DNA of 64,000 nt from Iphione sp. A-MEVVRFRX5. Taxonomy: Eukaryota. Under the pieces are notes generated by a model. That model made no database searches and had not been told where the DNA came from. It saw only the letters and a program-made list of their open reading frames with translations. The position numbers were made by a program, and so were the translations under genes. Positions 13,447-27,900 of the stretch are shown here, piece by piece. Where the stretch lies: the NCBI GenBank assembly GCA_976226885.1, contig OZ320319.1:32674001-32738000 (forward strand), read 5' to 3'. The stretch's first letter is position 1, and each line of letters opens with the position of its first letter.

Positions 13447-14777
13447 GACCAGAGGCCCCCGGGGCTTCTTCCTTCAAGATGATCTCTACCTGAGGAGGCC
13501 CAGGGTCGTCTTATCTCTGTGTTTCTATAGCAACCGAGAGGCAGTCCATAAGGACCATCTCTTTTTCTTTACAAAATGGACGCTTTCATGTTCTCCGCCA
13601 TATAAAGTGATACGAAGTTGGGAATGTCAGTGTTGGTAAATCACAAAAGTGTCTTGGTTAAAAGCTAACCAATCCCTATTCTGCTATTCCCAGTTGTTAT
13701 TTTATGTATATATATGTACATATATATACGTGTACATACATATATATGAAGAATTTGCGTTTACTAAGAACATTTTCCCCAGCTGATAAAGGCCACAGAT
13801 GTCATTAAAGCAAAGTTTCAATGGACCAGTGGAATTTCGACATTAAATAATTTATGTGCTGTGGGAAAGAATCCGAGAAAGAAAGAAGAGGGCGGTCCTG
13901 TCTGGTGGTTAGAGAGAAAGGATGGAATATAAGGGCGGAGGTGGGGTTGGACCACGCATCCTGAGTGCACGCACTCACCCCCTTGCCACCCGGACTTGGT
14001 GGTCAGGTGGGTCCAGGTATGGCCAGGTACGAATCGAGAGGGGTGCCTTTACACCTGGAAAATGGCCTTCCATTGATTGCCTCTCGCCAGGACTATTTCC
14101 CCCTGTATCCCTCCCACCGCCCAAACCACGGGTGACCACCGCAACCCCTGGAGAGAAGAATATTTAATCATGTTATGTTCGAGTGACTTCACTGGCGGCG
14201 CTATCCAGTTTGAGGAATCCGTGACCTTTCGGTTTGAAGAGCCCTTGGGTCTCCTTCATACCCCACTGTGGGCTCATTATGGTGCGTCGTCTTATCCCAT
14301 GGGACATCAAGTACTGGGAGGGATTGTCAGCTTCTTGCTTCTCTGGTCTCATCTGTGAATAAACCTAGTGTTGTTCTCCCTAGGTTAGAACACGCATCCA
14401 CTGGTAATTTAATCAGTTGTGGAAATAATATGGAAGTAACCGTTGGCGTGACAAAATCCACCATATGTCACTGGTATAGATATGCTAAGTAGGTATTCTG
14501 ATATATTTTTCAATAGTCCTATTGAGAATCATTTTAAAAGTAAAAAAGTAGTTTTTCTTGTGGCATTTTAGGGCCAGTATCTATGCTTGCGTTAATTTAT
14601 TGCAAGGACGGTAGCCACTCCCGCATTAATACGTTTGTGTTTGCGTTGTTTGAAAATGGAAAATTCTTGTTACTTTAAGGCAAACACCTGTAACTGCATA
14701 AGTAGAGTATGGCAGACAGCCTTCGAAGCAGCTAGAATATGTGTGATCATATTAAAATCTTGCAAACATGTTCCTTA

Positions 14778-15117
14778 GGCCTAAACAAAAAATAGCTGTG
14801 TTTCCGGGAACCCGCGATCGACCCTGATTTTGGTAGCAATTTTTATTTTTTTTCTTGTCTTGTAAAGATCTTTGGAATGACTAATGATACAGACATAAAC
14901 AATGCATCAATTTGTTCCTTAGTGCAGTAGCTTTCATTTAACACCAGTTTCATTAAGATTCAGGTAATATAACTGGTTGTGTGTAGCTTGGAAACATACA
15001 TAGGTTGTTTTCAGGGCCTCTTAGCAATGGAAAAGAAACTGATAAAGTAAGGGAAAAAAACTACCGACCGACCCTATATTTTTTCAGTATGTTACCGGAA
15101 AAAGAGATTTTTAGGCC
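14778..15117. mobile_element. MITE with GGCC termini, Kolobok-like
   Basis: Left cttaGGCCtaaacaaaaaatagctgtgtttccgg; right ccggaaaaagagatttttaGGCCttat; degenerate TTAA flanks; cgaccct motifs near both ends. Confidence 0.6.
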
Positions 15118-16420
15118 TTATTTACATGTCATTTGAATAAGGATGGAATTTGGCACAAATTTCGGACATTTGCAGAAATAAACGCACAGTTGCAATAATT
15201 TCAAGACATTGGCAGCGGACAAAAATGCATATTTGTTAAAACATCAGGATATTCGCCAAAAAGAACCTGCACATTTGACACAATTTCAATGCATTCCGTA
15301 GAGTTCAGGTGGGAAACGATAGGAAAAATCCACGTAACTCCGCCCCATGCAATGCAAGCAGGATGATGCCCCTTGTGGGAGTATGCTGGAAAAGAGATTG
15401 ATTGGATTGGTTCAGTGCAGTGCAAATGCAAGGGAAATGCATTAACACAAGTGTGGAATCCAGTACCAAAGTTAGACATTTAGAATCTGAATTGATGGGT
15501 TGTTCCCACTTTAGAGATTTTTGAAATGACCTTTCTGGCATCGTTCACAGAAAGAAGTGGAAAACAAAACTATGAAATACAGTTTGATTTGGTATATCTG
15601 TATTTCGGTAGCTATATCAGACAGGCGCTACTTAGTGTCAGGATGGCGCTAGCTATCTCGTCCATTGGTGTCATAGTAGTAGTTTTGGTGAGACTTCGCG
15701 TGTTTTTATCATTGGACAACCTTTGGACAAGTGGCTAATATCGCAATCTCTAAGGAGGTTAAAGCCTCCCCCACTGATGCGCTTATGTCCGCTAGAAATC
15801 TGTGTGCATATTTACTACTTCATTTCTCCACTATTGATTACTGTGGGGAAACGTAACCACACGTTACCAACTTCCTCTGCATCGAGACTTGTTCATTTAT
15901 TTACGGTTTTTATGTGAAAATTGACTTCGAATAAACTCTTCGGCCGTAAATTGCTTTAAGGAGGAGGATCTTACCACAAATTCAGTGCGTCGACACAGCA
16001 ACCTGTGCACATGACCACTTGGTGTTTTACTTACAAGATTCTGTGACATAGTTGAAAATAGGCATAGTTTGCTTTAATTGATCATTAATTTGAGTGTGCC
16101 GAAATAGCCGCTCGGTTATCCTGGATCACTGTGACAGGGAGTCACGCGATAAGTTGGTGATGGTTAAGTGTACTTATGCTATGAGTTTTAGTAGTTTATC
16201 AGATTGGCCTCAGATATATAGATCGCTGAGTGATTTCTGATCTCTCCTCCTACGGATGATAACGCAGGTGTCCACGCCATGAAAGGACACAAAGGGATGC
16301 AGCAGTTCTACGTATATACATACATGATTGCTAAAAATAGGTCGATCTCCAGTCCTCACACATTACATCAAGCTTTCTAAACCTGTCAACTATTCCCGAC
16401 TGAAGATAACTTAAATATAT

Positions 16421-16465
16421 GCATTCTTTGACATATACGGCTTTGGTGCATTCTTTGACATATAC
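16421..16465. repeat. Short tandem duplication (gcattctttgacatatac x2, period 27)
   Basis: Identical 18-mers at 16421-16438 and 16448-16465. Confidence 0.8.
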
Positions 16466-19400
16466 TTTGGCTTCAATATATCACATGTTGTAGCGTGCAT
16501 TGAGCTATCCGCATTTAGAACGGGATAGAAACATACATCATGATGAAATGTGATTCCCACCAAAAGCAGGTTTATGCTATAGATAACTGACACAACACAC
16601 CGAGGAATTCAAAAAGGAAACCCTCTGCATTTATGCTACCAAAGCTACCATTGTTGTCGCACACATGACATTTATAGGTACTGAATACATGTACACAATG
16701 GAGTAGAATTGGTTTACAGAGAGACAGCGCAGGACGAGCTGTCCAGCTATCTGCCACGGTTGTCTCCCGATTGATGGCCAAGTGCTACCGACGTGTGGCA
16801 GGACAACTGAGGGTGCTGCACGGTGGCGGCCTGCGGTAGACCTTATTCAGTCATCATTTACATAGAGGTATTCTCACGGTGCACGGTGTCTAGTGTTCTA
16901 TTTATCGGGGGCTTTTGAAATCCTGAGTTTCCACTCCGTGCAGACCCCTCGTATGTATAGTGTGCAGACAGTCCTGAAACCCTCATACATGTACATGTAT
17001 TTTGCAGCCATAGAATGGTGTATTGGTTCTGATTTTCTTAAAGGCAATAGCATGGGAAGATACGAGTGCATGATGAATTTATTTAGCAAACCTTGTGCAC
17101 ACATAAATCAGATGTTATTTGACTTAATATCAAAGCATTGTGAGTGTTTATCTTCGAAAGTATCATGCATCCCCCTGTGCATAAATGATAATTAAGGCGA
17201 CAAGACGGGGGAAGAGGCGGGAATAAAGTGTGCCATCACACTATAAACAAGGTAATTTCCATCCAGGTATGCATTGGTGGGGGCGTTCAGCTAAACCGGG
17301 CCCCTGTCTAGGGGCCTGGAGAGCCTGCATTCAGGTAAAGGTAGGCCAGGAGGAATGCAGAACGCAGTCAAGCTTATTGACCTTCAGAGAGGTCGACAGA
17401 TGATATGGGGTGGGGTGCGGGGGAATTCGAGGTCATTCAGGTCCTTTTACTGGAATGTACTTCGCCCAACCATTTTTCTTGGAGGGGGTGGGGAGGAGTA
17501 AATCAGACTTGAAATGGTTCTCATGAAGTTCGTGATTAAAGGGGTTGTTGTGCTGCGATCTATGTATATATACATGTATATATATACAGTAAAGCAACAG
17601 CTTTCACCGTCACCATGTGAGTATGAACGACAGTAGCTGAGTGACGAATTATACGTTGTTTGGCCCGGAATGATGAATTGGGGTTGAGAAGGAGAATGTG
17701 CCCGCAGCATTTAGGATTATGGACCCCCTGTCAGACACAGGCGCACATACACAAGCAAACATCCTAACAAATGTGAGAGGGAGGGAATATGGATATACAC
17801 GTAGACATGAAGAAGAATGCGTATAAGTAGAAATGCAGAAGTGCAAACAGACAAAGGCACAGGAAGGTGGACAGGGGGGATGGACAGTAGAGACCGAAAA
17901 CGCCTTTTCCTTTATTCGTCCTCTTATCTGAGTCTCTCGTCAGAGGAGATGACGCAAATCATCTCACAGAGATGTTTAGTTGGGCATCTAAATATCTTCT
18001 GGGGCATTGCTGTGGCTGTCGCCCTCCGTTGGCTGACCTTATCTGGAGAACCTTAATCGCAGGTCTGTTCCTTTGATGCATCTTCTGTCATTTGAAAACT
18101 ACGCTCCTCGCCTGCCCCAACTCGATACTATCTGGCTCCTGTCTAGGCCGATCGGGCGCCTGCCGTCCTTGCCCGCCAGTGTCTCGTTCTAATTCCCACG
18201 TTGAGAGAAAGCCGTCCGCTCGCCAGCGGAGCAGTGGAGGATCGTCGCCGCCGAGCCCGTGATTACTCCATAACTGCACTGAAAGCAGGGTGCCCGGTAG
18301 CAAGAAGGACTACTTAAGTCATTACCAACTACCCCCTGCCCACCGACCGGCGTATGGTTATTGGTCTGGTCCCACATCGAACGGGCACGCTTGTGGATGT
18401 GAGGTTTTGTCACAGGGCAGACACCTGGATGTTGGACTCTACAGTCTGCCACACCGACCTGGGCCTGCCCTGAGGCGAGGGTTTTAAAGAGGCGGGCGAC
18501 TGACAAGGCTCAGATTGGCCAGGCGGCCCATCAGTGTCGATGCGTGTGAATAACCTATGGTCCTCCCCAACCTTTCGATTCCTTCAGACAGTCTCAAAAA
18601 TACCCCCTGACCCCTCGACTACCACACCCACAGCCTTCGTCTATCACTCCCGAAACTGTCGTGCGTCTTCGTCCGTCAACCGTTCAGTCCAGTGAACACG
18701 TGAAGGACGTTTGCTAATCTGTAGGAGACAACGCTAAGCTGAAAAGATTGAAGCGGACCTGAAGCCTTTAGCCAGATCCCGAAGATGAGTTGCTGGGACA
18801 AAGGGCCACACTGAACCGGCAACCTGTCCTCTGACTATAGGCGCTGAATGTCTCTCCCAGTGCTCAGTTTGTCGATCCCTGAAGGCTGTAAAGTCCGGAC
18901 GGAGTGAAAGGCGGTGAGGTTTCTTTGCGTAATGCCCTCAGTGAGATCACACGTCCAGGCAACCTGATCACAAAACCGTCACATTCCAGCTTCTCGATGC
19001 CTTGCGTTCTTCGAATAACGCCGTGATCCTCCCCTCTGTCTAATCGTCGGCGAGCGGGAGTTTAGCTATCGCCGCGGTGATCTTTACAGAAAGGGAAACA
19101 AGGCGTTGGCATAGGCCTTCGGAGAGTTTGGACCGAGTGCACCATTGTTGGGTGGTTCGGGTCAGTTCGACAAACATCGTCGCTCTCTAAAGGTGTATGC
19201 ACAACACCCGATGGGTCCCTTCTACCCGACTGCACACCTGTGTAGCCCTTCTGCACCATCCTTCCTGCCCGCCCAAGCAGCCTCTATGAATAGAAGGTAC
19301 TTATTTGCCTGTCCCAGGAACTTCCAACATTCGTTCGCCTTAGATTGAATTGATGATCAGCACGTGGACCCTCCCCTCAAACAATTACACAGAATCACGA

Positions 19401-22400
19401 AAACAAACAACATTAATAACCGCACACAGGAAGTCTCGGTGGACTGAGTAAACTTGCCGCTCAAAGAATTATGTTCAGGGGAGTCCTCAACCTGTTCTGT
19501 ATCGTCGGGCATTGACAAGGACGCCTCGGCGGAGAGGATGCTTCTCCTCTCTGGCTGTCACGTATACGTGACCATGCCAGGCCATAGTGAGCAGCCACCG
19601 TGCAGTGAAGCCATTGTCTCGTTTCGGCGGACAAGGAAGTCTGGCCGTTGTCTCGACAATGAAAGGTCATCGACGCGCTAATTTCTATGATTAGTTGCAG
19701 TCTGCTTCCGTTCACTATGCTTGCCTTGTCCGCAACGTCTTGGAATGAGACCGGAAACGACTAACAAGGCAAAAGGCAGTATATGTAAAAAAAAAACACT
19801 GGTGGCCTATCATAATGCGCAGTATATTAATTAACATGATACTGTAGTCTCAGCAGGAAATAAACTATAGTACCAGCGCGTTGGTTCATTTATGGTTAAT
19901 ACTGATATATAGCCGATCGTTAAGTATGTTCCTGTGTCAGTAGTGAGTGCTTGAAGGTTATCCTGCTTAACTTCAACTTTTTCTCAGCCCTATCTACCTA
20001 AACATGTATATGTATGGGGCAACGTTTGTAATGATTACTTTCGTTCCCTTTACGCGACTTGCACTCCTAATAACGTGACAGTTAGATGGCTTCGCTTAAA
20101 AAAAGGGAAATACCCTTACCCATGCAGCTGTAGTGAGTCTTGCAAGTTGACTTGTGATATATTTGACTCTTGACACACGGAGAGACGTTTGCCGGGTGAC
20201 CAACATCTCCCCCTCCCCCGTGCTACTATGCAGGCAAAAGGTCGTTTTTACCTTTCCATAAAAAGGGCAGCACGGTGGGGCAGTGGCGATCAGATTTCAT
20301 ATAATTGACGTGCCGTATGAGTTGTCAGGACCACAAGCAGCCAAATCCGGTGTCGCGTGCTTGTGCGAGCGGTAACATTCTGGCAGTGTGGAGGAGGGGC
20401 AGTGTAACATTAGCCGCGCAAACTGGTAACACTATGTTATTAGAGACCTCACATGAGCAGTCTACACTCGGGCTCTGACTCTTTACCCTCGGTAGTTGTT
20501 CCGACTTACGTCGAATTGATCGCGCCCCCCTGATGGATGGCACATCGTTAATACAAAAGAGTTAAATCCTTACGTTATTTACGTACGTAATAGGGAGGAT
20601 GACATCCCAGTAAACGTTGGCAGAGTTGATGAGGTTTGGAGTATCATCTGGTGCGGGATACAATAGGATGGGCGTGTTAGCATTGTCTGGCACAGCATTG
20701 CCGAGCAGGTCTGAAATTACAAGCCGATTATGCTCATGAGCAACGGAACTATAAACTCATTTACGTAACAGTTTTCTTAACCCTTGAAAGATAGCTTCTA
20801 GTCCGCTAGACATCAGTGATGCTCCTTATGGGCCCGAGGAACCCTTGGAACTGCTAGCCGAAACGCTTTGGCATTATTTCGTGGTGTCACTTTGAACAGA
20901 GTGGCCCGTCTCTCACTAAAATTCTATTTTGATATACAGCTGTATAATGGTTTTCCAAGCAGACTTTTTTTAAACACTCATCTTCAAAACAAACAAAACC
21001 TCGGGTGAAGGCAGGTGAAAATGGAAAAAAAGTTTCAGAAATATACATCAATGAAGTTGAATGACCGACGGCAGCTGGAACTAGTGTCCTTTTGCCGGAA
21101 GTTGGTGTATGACCTCTGAACCGTATGAAGATCGCTTAAAGTCAGGTGGTGGGTTAAGGTGGATGGTTGGACAGGCGGGTGGTTGTGCACCGAGTCTGGC
21201 GCTATCAGAGGTGAAGCAAGTAAAGGAGGTCTTTACAAGGCATTCTAAGCCAGTTCATAGGTGTTTGGCCGTGGGGCTGGGGGAGGGGGTAGTGACTTTT
21301 GCCCACGGGGTATATAATGACTGCTTTGCAGGAGGATTGCTGAGAGAGAGAGGGAGAGAGGGTGAGATGAAACCTTGGATTGATAGTTGTGAGCAGGTGT
21401 GTCCACGGACGTCGCCATTTCAGTTAGATCGACCAAACCAAGATGGCTGATACCCCCCCTTGGGCGGAGAGTGCCGCCGCGCCAGCGATAACCATCACGT
21501 TGAAACCTTCTACACGAAGATAGCGGCGCAATATGCAGAGACATGGTAGCAGGCTGATGTATGGAGATCATTCATAACGCATGCTGCCTGGCGACCTGGG
21601 CCTCTAGCAAAGAAGAAACCAGTCGGTAATTGCTACGTCCCTTCTACTCCTATCAGATTTGTGACGAGAAGGGATGATAACCGACCGTGTACAGACTGCA
21701 TACTAAGTCCATTCCCTTCTGCTCCCTTCAGTGCAATTTTTAATGCACATTACCAGAAGAGGTTGACATACCTCACGATACTTAAAATCCACAGAGAAAA
21801 TTCAATTAAAACTGTTTCTTCTCGCGGTGGGGGTGATAGAAAAAAAACTACGATGGATTGAATTGCTGACCGTGAGCCATGTCTCACGTTGCCTTCTTTC
21901 TATAGTATAGTGCTGCGTAATTTTCTGGAGCCGCAAGCATTAAATGAAAAGTTCTGTCACGTAGGACACTGCGTGAGGCCGACTGCAGCGGGCCAAAGCA
22001 GAAGAAAGGATCTATGACTGATTTACGCCGTAAAAGACAACGTCTACCTGATGCTGTTTACCTTGGAAATGGGCTCGCGCTTGACTGAACGTCCTCGCTA
22101 GTATGAAAGGCAGAAGGATGTGAACGTGAGGAAAGGGCACAGGGAACTGTGGTTGGGGGTCTGCTGAATCGTATCCTGTTACCTTTAACCAGTGCGCACC
22201 TTTTCAGAAAACAGGATCCAGGGACTGGTCTTTCATCCCTTAATGGCATATATCTATATCACTGTAAATCTATATCATCTTATTAGCAATCATAGTAGGG
22301 ACATAGTATACATATAGATATATTACTACCCATGGCTGTATCTACCCATAATATATGTTTTAGAATGAAAATGGTACGGAGAGTAGCCACAAATGACGTT

Positions 22401-24734
22401 GGTAACTGAATACGGTGCCGCGCGGAAAGGAAGAATCTGTGCCGAGTGGAGACTTGTTTTGTAGTGAAAGGACTTTCAAGAGTTACAGATGTTTTCAATT
22501 GAGTCTACAACCAGGCACGCACCTGTGCTCTTTGACGTCTATAGGCCCACTCTGGCTTCCTATTCAGGTGTTTTGTAATATGCCCTTCTATTTGCCATTT
22601 CACCTGCGTCATTGTCGGGGATCGCGATGTCGGTAAACGCACATAGGATGTATCGAAATCTATCTGTCAGTTACCGCATTTCTTCTTGTGTCCTTTAATT
22701 TCATCTCATTTCTCTTGCTTCGTCTTACAAGATGTGTATGACACAAAGTACATTTCGCTAAATCAATTAGTGTACACCCTAAGAGTGCATAGATATCCAT
22801 TCATAGTTGTAATTACAGGTTCTCTTTATGGACTCGTGTGCTTAGACAATTTAGGTCGACGAGAAGAATACGAAAGGAGTGTACCATATGTAAAAACAAC
22901 CAAACAAAAAACTACTCAGATATGTACAACTGAAGTAGGTTCTGGTAGTTATGTCCGACAGAGCCCCCCTGCAAAGGTTCGCGTTACAGGGAAGATCAAC
23001 TGGAAGAGTGTCGAGATATCGAGCCTAACTAGACGCCTACTACTTCTCTATTGATCGAGAAAATTTGAAACACTGTAAGTCGACTTAACTGCGAGTGCAT
23101 CCTGTTAAATTCATATGGCGATGTTATAAATGACACGCGTAGGTTTGAATGAAGTGAGAAATATAAAAAAAAACAAAGACATATGAAACGGCACCCACTG
23201 TGTATGGCGCATGCCTGCTAAAAGGTGCTGACGACCTTGAATCGACCTTCAACAGATGGCACTGCAGATAGTGGGCGAATGACTGCGCAGGCACAACAAT
23301 ATGCCCCTCTTCTTTCACTCCCTCACGAGAGCTAAAAAAATGACGTCGGCCTGTCTCCAGGGCGCATGCGTGCCTCCTTATCCCTAGGGGGGCGTTGTGT
23401 CCTCTTGGCCCTTTGGCTATTCTTCATATCGATTTTCAAAAACGATAAGACTGCTTGAACCTTTAAGACCCATTAAGATAAAACAAAAGAATTATTTTTG
23501 CCACCAGGGAAATATAGAAAAATGACATCAGATAGGTAAAGTTATCTACTTTATTATTACGTTTTGGTCGAACTTTGCTTTTAAAAGTCAGTTCTTGATG
23601 ATACACATTTAGTCATGTGTGTTGGTTTCCAAAAATTTTCTTGTTTCAGTTGTTTTCTGTATTAAAGGTGGAAATCTTGAAAGAGATATAGGCTATAATC
23701 ACGCGTTATATGGATGAGATAATGCCATTGTTTGTTTCCTAACGTGACAAATATGCCACATGACTAACCTTTTCGGGGAAGTGTTCAATACGCCTATGAA
23801 AATAGAACTAGAGGAGAAGATAGTTGTAGGCCACTGACAGACTGACAGATTGACACTGGAAAGGAGCAGATGACGTGAGTAATATGGCATGGCCTTTAGT
23901 TACCGAGGCATGCTGTTTATGATACATTTATTTTGCCATATTTACCTTTATTAGGGAGGGCATGCCACGCAGAAATAAATATAGGCCGAACGGCAGGGTT
24001 GCCAGGAAGGTATGCTGTAGTGTGGTATTTACTGCTGTTCAGTTGCGAGGCTTCGTTACAATTTCTGCCTTCTTATTTCACTTCTACTTTTCTGCTATGA
24101 ATCTTACTGTCTGCGACAACGCATAAAAATGCAGAAAATCTTGATATGTGTGTCGGGTAGCACTGCAGTCCACAGTGTCATCCGGCTTATGTCAGATCCT
24201 CTTTTTCACTTAGTATCAGGCCTTTCCAACGAGCAGGCGCAGCTCCTACAGGACTTAATACCAGCAGCGACTTGGGTAATGTGATTTGTTTATCCACTGT
24301 AATTTCTCTGAACGAAAGTCCACATATATCAGCACACTACTGTTGGCCGTATCTGTATTAATTGATATTGCGATAATATTACATGCATATAAGCATGTAT
24401 GATTGGGTAATAGTTTCATAATGTCAGTCTGGTCAACTTTTGTTGTGTCCAGGGGAATTCCCTTTGGCCTGACTCCGCAAGGTGTTAAGTGCTATCCCCA
24501 TGGACGTGAACCTCCCGGACCCGCCACCTTGTGTGTGGACAGTGGAATGTCCACTCCAAGCAGTTAAGATAAAATTATACCCATGTGCGTGGGCTACCCA
24601 GACCCTCCACCTGCTGCTTGTGGGACGATCGGTGTTGGTCCGGTGTTCCTGGACCCCGCCGCTTGGTGTGGGCTGGGAATACAATACAATACTGTACAAA
24701 GGTTACTGTACTGTACTACCTACTGTAGGATACA

Positions 24735-24903
24735 CAGGAATTCAATGAAATCTGTGCAAAAAAACACTTCATTTGCACAAATGTAACAGGAATTGAACAA
24801 GATCTGCTCAAAAAACACATTCTTTATACAAATTTGACAGGAATTCGGTGAGATCTTCACAAAGAACACATTACTTACACTTTTTTGACAGGAATCCAGT
24901 GAG
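24735..24903. repeat. Minisatellite, 51-52-bp unit x ~3.3, followed by an imperfect (CA)n
   Basis: Units begin caggaat at 24735, 24787, 24838 and 24889. Confidence 0.85.
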
Positions 24904-27900
24904 ACACACACATACACACACAAACACACACATCAAAAAGACAATGAGTATAGTTTGTGCACATGGGGTTAGACCCCACCACCTGTTGCGGATAGCTCTG
25001 GGAAGCCTGCACCACACCACAATCTGGGTGTGGACAATTCGCGTCCTTAGGGATAGCACTTTAGAGCACCATGCAGAAACTTTCAGGTTCAGGAGATCCA
25101 GCTTGAAAGTATCCAGTTTTGGTCACTCTCATGAGTTGGTGTCCATAAAAGGTCGGTAATAAGTGGTTTATATAGTGGGATGTTCTTAGGGATCTTGATC
25201 TTGATCAGGGTTTGGTAGTATAGGAACCTTGGTCTGTAATTGGGTTTCCAACTGTACTAGTACATGAAAGTCAACAATAACAATTGGCGGAGAACACTTT
25301 TCGTAAGGCTTTCTGAGATTTCACCCTAGTAGGAATTCATGTGCAAAGACCGTCAGACCAATTTCATGGAGGACTGATAAATGATCTTGGCGTTTATTTA
25401 GTCAACCTCCTTCTGCTAGGCCAGTGTGTAGGAGCCTGTAACGTAGGTAGTCAACAGTACGGGTCAAGTGCTTTCTTTGATTCTGTGCAAGACAATTTGG
25501 TGAATATAAAGGACATCTGAAAACTGTAGATCTGCGGTCTTGTAAATAGTTTGTATAGTGCTTGTATCAAGAACAGTACTATGTCTTGGCGACTTGTGTA
25601 TACGTTTTTAAGAACATTTCAGTTACTGAGACGATGAAGAAGCACGGTTAGAAAAAACGAATCTTACACAGGAATACTAGGGCATATTCATTCGAATTCT
25701 CTACCTTTGTTCACTTGTCACCACTAGATTATACAAGCTGGGCCAGTTGGGAGTCAAAAGAGCGACCCTGTCGCCATTGGCGCACTGCACAATGGGTGCT
25801 CATACAGCCAGCGCATGTCTCTTCATTCTGAACACTCGTAACAAAACCATGGCACAAAGGCTTAGGCCATTGCAGCATGGAAATTGTACTCCTTATCTCA
25901 GCAGTGGCCTTGGGATGAGGGGCTGCGCATTGTGACGCCACATAGGGCCTGGTAGGTCATGCTCGGCAGTGCCCAGCGCCGAGGGACCTCAAGTCGCTAA
26001 ACTGTCGTTGGGTCGGGGTCAGACCGAACGTTGGCCGAGACGACTCGAGAAGGCGGCCCGGGCGGCAAGGTAGAAGTCAGGCGCTGGGTGCAAGTGATGT
26101 ACGTACAGGTGGTACCTGAGAGGAGTGGCCTCTTGCACCTGTGCCAGAGATAGGCCCCTGGATGCTCTCCCACTCAGGTGTCAGGGATGTCAGGACAAAA
26201 CGAACTGAAAGTCTGCATCGCCAACATGCCCAAGCGAAGGGCACGCTCAAATTGCCACACCTATGTGGGTCTACTTCATGCCCATTTTTATTAACATCAA
26301 ACGTGAAATTCGGCTAAGTCATAGTATCAAAGATTATTGGTACGGCTCTTATTATGGAATAGGGAGAGAACACCCAAACCTATACACTCGACGGCTTGCA
26401 CTTTAAACTTTATTCTAAGCAGAATGAGGAATTTTTGTAATATGCGACACCAGTTTGTTGAAAATGTGATCACAAGTTTACCAACAGATTAAGAGATTAA
26501 GGAATCACTCCCCGACAAAAAAGGTCATCAGTGGAATGGCAAAATCGATTTCTTCGAACGTTTGGTTAGTGCTCAATTTCTTCGGACATTTGGTCAGTAC
26601 AGGATGACATCATCAAGGAACGTGGTGACTATTAGTTGCATTTTTATTTGCCCCTCCCACATATCAAGGTGCAAGTCCAAATGGTATTCGAAAATATGTA
26701 TGTAAACTAATATATCATGTACATAGTGTGCATCTAAAATGTAAGAGATAAAGAAAAACGAGCATTGAACACAAAATTTGAAATGTTAATGTCATATACA
26801 CACTGGGTATTGCACAGGCTAGCCACATATACATGTACTACAATGTCTTTGGTACATTTAAAATTACATTTTTACGCTTAGTCAAGAAAAAAGAATTCCA
26901 TACATAGAGCTGTGCATACATATATAGATGGGAAGGTAGATACAGGTTCCACTTAAAAGAATGTCCGGGACCGAATGAGATCATCTCTTCAAATTAATAA
27001 GGAAGTCGTAATTAGAAACTTTCATAACGTATTATTTTTAAACAGATTATCTCCCAGGCATTCTATGCATAACGCAGATAAAACAATGAGACTACGTGTT
27101 ATCTTCCCAATCTGAAAGTTTAAATGGAATAGATTTAAGAAAAGGTCCTGTGTCTATACCGATAGCGTCTTATCAACATCTCAGAGTATACTTTTGTTTT
27201 TTGTTTCTTCGATGTCATGACAAAATATCAACTAATTGCGTGTACGAATAAAGAAAAATACTCCGGGCACCCTTTCACTGTGCAGTTCGTCGATAAACCC
27301 AATTTATCTATCATATGTATACTGTATATACAGTGTATGTATGTGTGCCAACGTTTTCTTATTGTGTCAATACAATAATTACCTGTAGTTGTATAAGTAC
27401 AAGTGAATATATTGACGTCTTTCATTTGTGGGTCCAATATCGGTATTGCAACAAAGCGAATTAAGTGCTATTGGCGATTGCAAACATATTGGCTGCTGCC
27501 TCCCTTTACCGTGATAATCCCCACCATATTAAAAGTGACCACAGCCCCCCCCCCTCCTTATCAATGCGTACCGTTGTTGGATGCCTGCAACACTTTGAGG
27601 ATATGACCATCTATCATTTGAATGACGTCTACCATGTGGACACAAGTGTGCCCCGGCCAAACAGTTCACCCTCCATCGAATTTGTCCAGTCGCCTAGGAA
27701 CAATACCTCTCCAGCTGCCGGTCTGCCTCTGGCCTCGAGGAGTAGATGGCGAGAGGTCTGGGTTCCAGGTGTGGTAATGACCGAGTGCCGACGGTCAGCC
27801 AGTTGAGAGCTGCACTCCAGAAGCACCTGCTCCGCCACGGTTCAATGCACAGCACTGATTTGCTGCACAGGTGTGTAGACCCGTAAGGCTGTCAGCTGTC

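Noticed and set aside
25060-25200. Minus-strand LDTFKLDL resembling a CR1/L2 reverse-transcriptase C-terminus
   Set aside because: Too short, interrupted by stops, with no upstream WNxLP motif.
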